The position numbers were made by a program, and so were the translations under genes. A stretch of 64,000 nucleotides of DNA, taken from Acidobacteriota bacterium. GTDB taxonomy: Bacteria; Acidobacteriota; UBA6911; RPQK01; JAJDTT01. Within the stretch, counting starts at the first letter, position 1. Each line of letters starts with the position of its first letter. Of this stretch, positions 1-6,837 are shown piece after piece. The DNA is taken from assembly GCA_965217775.1 (NCBI GenBank), contig CBDCJH010000002.1:5056001-5120000 (forward strand), given 5' to 3'. The notes beneath the pieces are model-generated. The model was not told the origin of the DNA and searched no databases. It worked only from the letters and a program-made list of their open reading frames with translations.

Positions 1-312
1 TTCTTTGGAAAGCCTCCGGTGAAGGTCGGCCAGATAGGGCATCTCCAGGCGGCAAGGTCCGCACCAGGTGGCCCAGGCGTTGATCAGCAGGGCCTTGCCC
101 TTCAATTCCCGGAGGGGCACTCGCTTTCCGTCCAGAGTGGACAGCGTTCCGGACAGATCCAGACGCGGCCTCTCGGCGGCGGGAATCCATGACCGGTAGA
201 GAACGCCCTGAGACGCGACGGCCTCGGCGGCGCAAAGGAGAAGCGCTGACGGAAGAGCCGCCGCCAACAGTAGGCCGGCGACTCCGATTCTCCCGTTCGT
301 GGGCATGCTCAT
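1..312 (-). CDS. TlpA/ResA-like thiol-disulfide oxidoreductase (3' end outside window)
   Basis: Manual translation of the minus strand gives a signal-like N-terminus and ...LKGKALLINAWATWCGPCRLEMPYLADLH (WCxPC thioredoxin motif). In-frame ATGs at 312 and 306; frame runs off the window edge. Confidence 0.85.
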   Translation of the reverse strand, partial: MSMPTNGRIGVAGLLLAAALPSALLLCAAEAVASQGVLYRSWIPAAERPRLDLSGTLSTLDGKRVPLRELKGKALLINAWATWCGPCRLEMPYLADLHRRLSKE

Positions 313-356
313 CACCGTCAACTCTATAGCAGGCTGTGAAGAGAGGAAAGAAAAAC

Positions 357-386
357 GTAGGGGCAACCCTTGTGTGTGGTTGCCCT
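357..386 (+). repeat. GTAG-type REP palindrome
   Basis: GTAGGGGCAACCCTTGTGTGTGGTTGCCC. Inverted partner at about 667-691; related copies at about 9644-9670, 56275-56302 and 59452-59476. Confidence 0.7.
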
Positions 387-431
387 TCCGCTACGGCCCC
401 TTGTGGCCACCCCGGCGCTGGCGACCCCTCG

Positions 432-589
432 CAGTCCGTGGTGAAAGTCCCGCGAGCACCGAGACCGTTCCTGCGCCCGCCGGACAAGGCGCGATTCGGG
501 TGCATACCGGGAGTATGTGCCCGAATCGCAACGCCGTCCGCCGGGATGCAGGGACGGTCGAATGCCGTGATGACTTTTGCCACGGGCTG
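432..589. mobile_element. MITE family A, full copy (158 bp)
   Basis: Imperfect 18-bp TIRs CAGTCCGTGGTGAAAGTC / GACTTTTGCCACGGGCTG; CTCG on both flanks (428-431, 590-593); internal hairpin; near-identical copy at 10003-10160. Confidence 0.85.
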
Positions 590-913
590 CTCGGCGAGCC
601 GTTCCCGGGTTCTTCGCCGATGAGACCTCGGGGATCCGGTCCGCCGTGCGGAGGCGGGGGCGAAAGAGGGCTCCCACAAGGGGTGCCCCTGCACGGTTAC
701 GGGTTGGCGTGTATGCCCCGGAGGCAGCAATGGTGAATGTCGGGTGCCCCTGCATGGTTACGGGTCGGCGATGAAGAGGGGGGCAGGAATGTCCCCTCTC
801 CCACCTCCCCTCCCAGGGTGACCCTGCATCTCTCTATCCGTAGTAGACTGTGCGAGCCGCAGAGACCGGGGCACGGATTTGGCCCCGCTCCGGAAAATTG
901 GGCGGACGTCGCT

Positions 914-1639
914 ATGAAGGTGTCCCTGTTCGTGACCTGCTTGGTGGATCAGGTCTTTCCCCAGGTGGGACTCGGTACGATCAAGATTCTGAATCGGCTG
1001 GGCGTCGAGGTCGATTTCGATGAACGCCAGGCGTGTTGCGGTCAACCGGCGTTCAACAGCGGTCATTCCGAGGAGAGCCGCACCGTGGCCCGTGGATTCC
1101 TGGAAGCTTATGCCGACAGCGGCCCCGTCGTGGTTCCCTCCGGATCGTGCGCCACCATGCTCAAGGTGTTCGTCCCCACTCTTTTTCCGCCCGGCTCCCG
1201 GGAGCGCCGGCTGGCCCGGGAGATCGCCGGGAGGACCTACGAGCTGTCCGACTTCCTGGTCTCGGTCCTGGGAGTGACCCGGACCGGCGCCCGCTTCCCG
1301 GAGGCCGTCACCTACCACGACTCCTGTCACCAGCTTCGGGAATTGGGGATTGCCCGGCAGCCGCGCCTCCTGATCCAGGGCGTGGAAGGAGTCCGGTTCC
1401 TGGAGCTGCCCAACGCTGCCCGATGTTGCGGGTTCGGCGGAACCTTTTCGGTCAAGTTCGCCGATGTCTCGGCGGCCATCGGGGAGGACAAGGTGGACAC
1501 CATTCACCAGTCGGGCGCCCGCTACGTGGTGGCCAACGACGTCAGTTGCCTGATGCACATCGGCGGACTGCTCCAGCGCCGGGGATCCCAGGTCCGGACC
1601 CTGCATCTGGCCGAGCTGTTGTCGAAGTTCGAGGAGTAG
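914..1639 (+). CDS. lutA: Lactate utilization protein A (CCG-domain Fe-S protein)
   Basis: MKVSLFVTCLVDQ, CCGQP, SGSC, YHDSCH and CCGFGG motifs; first gene of a lutABC arrangement; ATG at 914. Confidence 0.9.
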   Translation: MKVSLFVTCLVDQVFPQVGLGTIKILNRLGVEVDFDERQACCGQPAFNSGHSEESRTVARGFLEAYADSGPVVVPSGSCATMLKVFVPTLFPPGSRERRLAREIAGRTYELSDFLVSVLGVTRTGARFPEAVTYHDSCHQLRELGIARQPRLLIQGVEGVRFLELPNAARCCGFGGTFSVKFADVSAAIGEDKVDTIHQSGARYVVANDVSCLMHIGGLLQRRGSQVRTLHLAELLSKFEE

Positions 1640-1643
1640 CCGG

Positions 1644-3062
1644 ATGCAACTCAGGATCCGGCCCAACACCTCGGCGGTCTTGTCCGACGCCACCCTTCAA
1701 GCCAACCTCAAGCCGGCGCTGGAGAAGTCGCTCCAGGCCCGGGACCGCGCCGTCGCGGAGGTCTCCAACTGGGAAGAGCTCCGGCAGCACGCCCACGACG
1801 TCAAGGCCCATACCCTCTCCCGCCTGGACCACTATCTCGAGCAGTTGGAGCGGAAGGTCATCGCTCAGGGCGGCAAGGTGGTCTGGGCCGACACCGGAGC
1901 CGAAGCCCTGGAGTTCATCGTGGGCCTTCTCCAGGAGCGGGAAATCAAGAAGGTGGCCAAGAGCAAGACCATGCTGGGAGAGGAGATCCATCTCAACGAA
2001 GAGTTGGAGCGGGCCCATTTCGACCCGGTGGAAACCGACCTTGGCGAGTACATCATCCAGCTCTCCCGGGAGACGCCCTTTCACATCGTGACCCCGGCCC
2101 TGCACAAGTCGAAGGAGGAAGTGGTCGAGCTCTTCGGCCGGGAGCTGGGCATGCCCCCCACCGACGACGTGGAGGCAATCACGGCCACGGCTCGAGCCGT
2201 CCTGCGGCGCCATTTTCTGACCGCCGGCGCCGGAATCACCGGCGTGAATTTCGGCGTCGCCGAAACCGGAACGCTGGTGGTTGTGGAAAATGAGGGCAAC
2301 GTTCGTCTCTGTGCCTCCCTGCCGGAGGTGCACATCGCCATCATGGGCATCGAGAAGGTGGTTCCCCGAGCCCGGGACCTGGCGGTTTTTCTGAAGCTCC
2401 TCTCGCGGAGCGCCACCGGACAGAAGAGCACCAGCTACGTCAATTTCATCAACGGTCCTCGCCGGGAGGGAGAGTGGGACGGCCCGCGGGAATTCCATCT
2501 GGTGCTGGTGGACAACGGCCGGAGCCGGATTCTGGCCGATCCTGAATTGAGGCAGACGCTGGCCTGCATCCGTTGCGGCGCCTGCTTGAACGTCTGCCCC
2601 GTGTACCAGCGAATCGGCGGACACGCCTACGGCTCCACCTATCAGGGGCCCATCGGCGCCATATTGACTCCTCAACTGACCTCGGCGGAGGCGGCGCCCG
2701 AACACCCCTTCGCGTCTTCGCTCTGCGGAGCCTGCTACGAGACCTGTCCGGTCAAGATCGAGATCCCTCACATTCTGTTGAAGCTGCGCGAGCGGGTCCA
2801 ACGGAGCCGGCAACGTCTGGCCCGCCAGCTGCCGCTGGAAGCCTGGGCCATGCAGTTCTGGGCCTGGGCCATGAGCTCTCCCGGCCGTTATGGATTCCTG
2901 GGGAATCTTCTGCGCCGGGTCCAGCCCTACTTCGTGCGGGAGGGGCGGCTACGGCTACGTCTGCCCCCCTTCAGCGACTGGGACCGGTACCGGGATCTTC
3001 CGCCGCTGCCTGAAAAAAGCTTCCGGGAGCAGCTTCGGGCGCTGCGCAAGGAGGGGAAGTGA
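1644..3062 (+). CDS. lutB: Lactate utilization protein B (LUD + 4Fe-4S)
   Basis: ETDLGEYIIQL, PFHIVTPALH, NEGN, CIRCGACLNVCP and SSLCGACYETCPVKI. Confidence 0.93.
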   Translation: MQLRIRPNTSAVLSDATLQANLKPALEKSLQARDRAVAEVSNWEELRQHAHDVKAHTLSRLDHYLEQLERKVIAQGGKVVWADTGAEALEFIVGLLQEREIKKVAKSKTMLGEEIHLNEELERAHFDPVETDLGEYIIQLSRETPFHIVTPALHKSKEEVVELFGRELGMPPTDDVEAITATARAVLRRHFLTAGAGITGVNFGVAETGTLVVVENEGNVRLCASLPEVHIAIMGIEKVVPRARDLAVFLKLLSRSATGQKSTSYVNFINGPRREGEWDGPREFHLVLVDNGRSRILADPELRQTLACIRCGACLNVCPVYQRIGGHAYGSTYQGPIGAILTPQLTSAEAAPEHPFASSLCGACYETCPVKIEIPHILLKLRERVQRSRQRLARQLPLEAWAMQFWAWAMSSPGRYGFLGNLLRRVQPYFVREGRLRLRLPPFSDWDRYRDLPPLPEKSFREQLRALRKEGK

Positions 3063-3754
3063 GTCGCCCGCGGATCTTGCAGAAGGTCCGTTCGGCCTGC
3101 GGCGTCAAGCCGCCCGATCCCCTGCCGGACGGATATCCCGAGGCCCCCAGGTTCCAGGACCCGGTGGGAGTCTTTCGCCGGGAATTGGAGGCGGTCGGAG
3201 GCGTCTTTCTGGATGCCCGGGATCGGAACCCGGCGGAGGCGCTCTCCCAGGTCCTGCAGCAGACGGGCCAGACGGAGGTCTTCTGGGAAGAAGAGAAGAT
3301 ATTCATCAAGCACGGCTTGCCCTACCGGCTGCGCCTGCCCGAGTCGTTCTCCACCCCCAACCTGGTCTTCAGCTACCACTACCAGGGGCGGGTCCGGCTT
3401 CCGATCACACTGGCCGCCCACTCCATCGAACGGGACCGGCTGGCCGCGATTCCCGTCTCCGCCTCGAGTGCCGCGTTCGGCATCGCCGAGACCGGGACCG
3501 TCGTGCAAACCGTAGGGCCGGGCCGGGGACGCCTGCTCAACGTTCTTCCCGAGACCCATATCGTCTTCTTGGCGGAGGGGGACCTCCTCTCGAACCTGGA
3601 TCAGCTCTTCGAACGGGTTCGGCCGGGAGAGGAGGGAAGCGCGCTCACCCTGGTCACGGGTCCGAGCCGGACCGCGGACATCGGGAAGGTGCTGGTCAAG
3701 GGCATGCACGGTCCCAAGAGGTGGTTCGTGATCCTCACGGAGGGAGCCGGATGA
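3059..3754 (+). CDS. lutC: Lactate utilization protein C (LUD domain)
   Basis: GIAETGT and TGPSRTADI...GMHGP motifs; GTGA overlap with lutB. Confidence 0.88.
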   Translation: MSRPRILQKVRSACGVKPPDPLPDGYPEAPRFQDPVGVFRRELEAVGGVFLDARDRNPAEALSQVLQQTGQTEVFWEEEKIFIKHGLPYRLRLPESFSTPNLVFSYHYQGRVRLPITLAAHSIERDRLAAIPVSASSAAFGIAETGTVVQTVGPGRGRLLNVLPETHIVFLAEGDLLSNLDQLFERVRPGEEGSALTLVTGPSRTADIGKVLVKGMHGPKRWFVILTEGAG

Positions 3755-4194
3755 GCCGGAGCGGGCCGGAGCTCGTCGCGGGCCGGCACACCATCGTCAA
3801 GCGGCTGCACTTCTGCTACGGCCACCGGCTGTTGGACTATGACGGCAAGTGCGCCTTCGCCCACGGCCACAATGGAGTCCTGGAGATCGAGCTGTCCAGC
3901 CGCAAGTTGGACCATCGGGGCATGGTCTACGATTTCGGAGACGTGAAGAAAGAGGTGTCTCGCTTCATCGAAGGCCAGTTGGATCACCGGATGCTTCTCC
4001 GGGATGACGATCCCCTCATCGAAGCGTTGCGCGGGGTGGGGGAGAATCCCTACGTGATGAAGTCGAACCCCACTGCCGAGAACATCGCCAAGCTCATCTT
4101 CCACGAAGCCCGGGCTCGACGCCTTCCGGTGAGGGCGGTGCGGCTCTGGGAAACGCATGACGCCTTCGCCGAGTACCGTGCGGATGACGACTGA
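3751..4194 (+). CDS. queD: 6-carboxy-5,6,7,8-tetrahydropterin synthase
   Basis: FCYGHRL, CxxxHGHN, DFGDVK, LDH, PTAENIA and VRLWET; ATG at 3751 overlaps the lutC stop. Confidence 0.88.
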   Translation: MSRSGPELVAGRHTIVKRLHFCYGHRLLDYDGKCAFAHGHNGVLEIELSSRKLDHRGMVYDFGDVKKEVSRFIEGQLDHRMLLRDDDPLIEALRGVGENPYVMKSNPTAENIAKLIFHEARARRLPVRAVRLWETHDAFAEYRADDD

Positions 4195-4852
4195 TCGCAC
4201 GGCTGTCCTGGTGAGCGGTGGACTCGACAGTTGCGTGATGCTGGTCTCGCTGACCCGGTCGGCCCGCCGGGTCACTCCCATCTACGTCAAATGCGGTCTG
4301 GTCTGGGAAGGTGAGGAGCTGGACCGGCTGAATGCTTTCCTGGAAACCGTGGCCCATCCCCGGATCGACCCGGTGCAGGTTCTGGATCTGCCCATGAGCG
4401 ATGTCTACGGTGGGTTATGGCATACCTCCGGCGTGGGGATTCCGGGATTCCACGAGGCGGACGAGCGGTGGGAGATCCCGGGCCGAAACCTGGCCCTCAT
4501 GATCAAGGTAGCGGTGTGGTGCCGCCTCAACTCCGTCGGCGGGATCGCCTTGGGCATTCTGGGCAGCAATCCCTTCTCCGACGCCACACCCGAGTTCTTC
4601 GAGGGTTTGGAGCGGACTCTGAGCCGAGGTCTGGATTTTTCGCTCCGCCTGCTGAGGCCTCTCGCGGGCATGTCCAAGGCCGAAGTGATCCGGTTGGGGC
4701 AGGATCTGCCGCTGGAGCTGACGCTCAGTTGCGCCGAGCCTCGGAAGGGTGTGCACTGCGGCGTCTGCGGGAAATGCAAGGAGCGAATCGACGCCTTCGA
4801 GGAATCAGGGATCCTCGATCCCACGGCCTACGCCGCCCCGCCTCCCGTTTGA
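4184..4852 (+). CDS. queC: 7-cyano-7-deazaguanine synthase (QueC family)
   Basis: SGGLDS PP-loop, IPGRN, and LSC...HCGVCGKC zinc motif; overlaps queD. Confidence 0.85.
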   Translation: MTTDRTAVLVSGGLDSCVMLVSLTRSARRVTPIYVKCGLVWEGEELDRLNAFLETVAHPRIDPVQVLDLPMSDVYGGLWHTSGVGIPGFHEADERWEIPGRNLALMIKVAVWCRLNSVGGIALGILGSNPFSDATPEFFEGLERTLSRGLDFSLRLLRPLAGMSKAEVIRLGQDLPLELTLSCAEPRKGVHCGVCGKCKERIDAFEESGILDPTAYAAPPPV

Positions 4853-4899
4853 AACCGGCGGTTTCCGCAATTCGCTCCGACCGCCGCGTCTTTCGCCAG

Positions 4900-5008
4900 G
4901 AGGCTGTCCGAGAACTCGAAAAATCACGATCCCGAAAAACCTATCTCCTTATAAATCAATAACTTAAATTTGGATATTTGGACGAACATCGCATTCTCGG
5001 ACAGGCTC
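4900..5008. mobile_element. MITE family B (109 bp), AT-rich core with IHF-like site
   Basis: TIRs GAGGCTGTCCGAGAA (4900-4914) / TTCTCGGACAGGCTC (4994-5008); flanks CCAG and CTAG; AATCAATAACTTA at 4954-4966 matches WATCAANNNNTTR. Confidence 0.75.
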
Positions 5009-5800
5009 CTAGAAGCTGCCGCTCCGCCGTTCCCTTGAGGGCATGATCTCCAAGCAGGTGGTCCACCACCCGGTCTGCGTCGTCTCCACGAATTCCTCCG
5101 GCAGCCCTTCGTCACGCATCTCCCGGGCCAGCCGCCGGTGATCGTATCGGAGCGGGCGAAACTCGAATCTGAAGTCGGAGCCGTCCGATTCCAGGAGGGT
5201 GTACCAGACGTTGGGGCGCCCGTCGTTCTCGGGGCGGCCGATGACCCCCACGTTGAAGAAGTGTTTTCGGCCGGGAAGTTCCCGATGCCACTTCAGGCCC
5301 GTATGGGTGCAACAAAGGACGTCCGCCCCGGCGTTGTCAAGAAAGCCGGAGAGCAGATGGTCGGGCGAGGTGCTGTCCCACAGGAACTCGTTGACCTGCC
5401 GGGGAGATCCGTGGCAGAGGCGAACCTTCAGCGGGCCCAGTTCAAAAGCGAGGTTGGAAGGGAGCGTTCCCAGCCAATCCTTGTTTTCCCTGGAGGTGTT
5501 CCGAAACGTGTATTCGTAGCTGATCAGGGCGAAACGGTTGTCGGCGGGGTCGGTGTAGCCGCAGCCGCAGTCCTCATTTCCCTGCGCCAGCGAAAGGTCG
5601 TAGTTCCCGGCGATGCTCCGGATCTCGCCGGAGCGCAGTAGCGGAAAGGACCGGTCGGGATGGGGTCCGAATCCCCCCATGTCGCCCAGGCAGAAGATGG
5701 CGTCGACTTGGGATGCCCGGCATTCCCGCACCAGTTCGCCGAGCGCCAGGTAGTTGTTGTAGACCCCTCCAAAAAGAGCGACCCTCCGATAGCTCTGCAT
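5009..5800 (-). CDS. Metallophosphoesterase family protein
   Basis: CLGDMGG, GNYD, HGSP, HTG and NVG calcineurin-like motifs; first motif is atypical (GGVYNN); DCGCGY insert. Confidence 0.85.
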   Translation of the reverse strand: MQSYRRVALFGGVYNNYLALGELVRECRASQVDAIFCLGDMGGFGPHPDRSFPLLRSGEIRSIAGNYDLSLAQGNEDCGCGYTDPADNRFALISYEYTFRNTSRENKDWLGTLPSNLAFELGPLKVRLCHGSPRQVNEFLWDSTSPDHLLSGFLDNAGADVLCCTHTGLKWHRELPGRKHFFNVGVIGRPENDGRPNVWYTLLESDGSDFRFEFRPLRYDHRRLAREMRDEGLPEEFVETTQTGWWTTCLEIMPSRERRSGSF

Positions 5801-5881
5801 GGCCGCCGGCCCGCCAGGCTCTCTCACTTCTCACCCGTCTTCACTCTTTCCTCTTTTCTCTTTCCTGTTTTCCTCTGCTTC

Positions 5882-6760
5882 TCAGAAGTTCTTGCAGGTC
5901 ATGCCGGTGACGTAGCAGGTGTGGCAGGAGGAATGGTAGAGGGAGCAGTCCCGGAGGCCTCCCTCCAGGTCATCCGCCAATCGGGCCTCCGGCTCGCCCA
6001 CCAGGATGGGGCAGGCATAGACTCCGTCGTGGGCCACGATTCGCGATGATGAACATTGAAGGGCATCCGGGTCCAGCTCGCGGAGCATCTCCGGCGTCAC
6101 GGGGCGCTGCCCGGAGGGAGTTGGCAGCATTCCCATTTCGAAGATGGGGATGACCTTGATCCGGGGCCGCTCGATACCAAAGGATCGGAGCAGCTTCACG
6201 TAGCGGCCGTGAAGGTCTCGCTCTCCCGTCTGCGGGTCCAGGTAGTCTCGCATCTCGGTGACCGTGAGGATGGGCAGGAAGCCGCGGTCGTAGAGCAACT
6301 TGTACGCGTTCAGGGCCTTGCGGAATGTCCCCGGGCCGCGAATGGCGTCGTTTCGCGCCTCTTCGTAGTCGTCGATGCTGATGCGGATCTCCAGGGAGAA
6401 GCGGGAGCCGTCCGCGATTCGCTGCAGGCGGTCCGCTTTCGCCCGATCGATGAGAACGCCGTTGGTCAGTACGGAGACCGGGAAATCCCGGAGGGCGCAT
6501 TCGAGTATGGACAGGAAGGACCTGTGGATGAAGGGCTCGCCGCCGGTGAAGTAGATCTCCTTCACCCCCATTCTCCGGGCATCGTCCAGGTAGCGGAAGA
6601 TGCGGGGGGCGTCCATCAGCTCCAGGGAGTGGTTGTCCGGGGCGCAACTGATGAAACAGTGATTGCAACGCAGGTTGCAGAGGGTGCCGGCGACCTGGAA
6701 CCAGAGCGTGTCCAGATGCTGGAGCGGGAGTGAGGGCGGCGCCGGAGCCATATTTCTCAT
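5882..6760 (-). CDS. Radical SAM protein with C-terminal Cys cluster
   Basis: CNLRCNHC, FTGGEP, LTNG; C-terminal C...CP...HSSCHTC...C. Start at 6760 or 6751. Confidence 0.9.
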   Translation of the reverse strand: MRNMAPAPPSLPLQHLDTLWFQVAGTLCNLRCNHCFISCAPDNHSLELMDAPRIFRYLDDARRMGVKEIYFTGGEPFIHRSFLSILECALRDFPVSVLTNGVLIDRAKADRLQRIADGSRFSLEIRISIDDYEEARNDAIRGPGTFRKALNAYKLLYDRGFLPILTVTEMRDYLDPQTGERDLHGRYVKLLRSFGIERPRIKVIPIFEMGMLPTPSGQRPVTPEMLRELDPDALQCSSSRIVAHDGVYACPILVGEPEARLADDLEGGLRDCSLYHSSCHTCYVTGMTCKNF

Positions 6761-6765
6761 GTTAA

Positions 6766-6837
6766 CAGCCCGTGGCAAAAGCCGTCGCGGCATTCGACCG
6801 GGCCCGATGCTTCGGAGAGGCGGGCGGGCAGGACGGT
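6766..6837 (-). mobile_element. MITE family A, internally deleted/degenerate copy
   Basis: CAGCCCGTGGCAAAAGCCGTCGCGGCATTCGACCG is the reverse complement of the family A right end, followed by GCGGGCGGGCAGGACGGT resembling its left internal part. Confidence 0.65.

Noticed and set aside
299-774. Several short ORFs over the first intergenic region (also 9803-10406 and 56299-57493)
   Set aside because: They are translations of MITE/REP sequence; the same peptides (e.g. ARGKSHHGIRPSLHPGG) recur at each copy.
4184-4852. QueC as part of a Qat, CBASS or dpd defence system
   Set aside because: Paired with queD in a host-like operon; no TGT-like, ATPase, TatD or cyclase gene nearby.
5882-6760. Radical SAM gene as queE
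   Set aside because: Opposite strand to queDC, longer than QueE, lacks QueE-type N-terminal motifs and has an extra Cys-rich tail.
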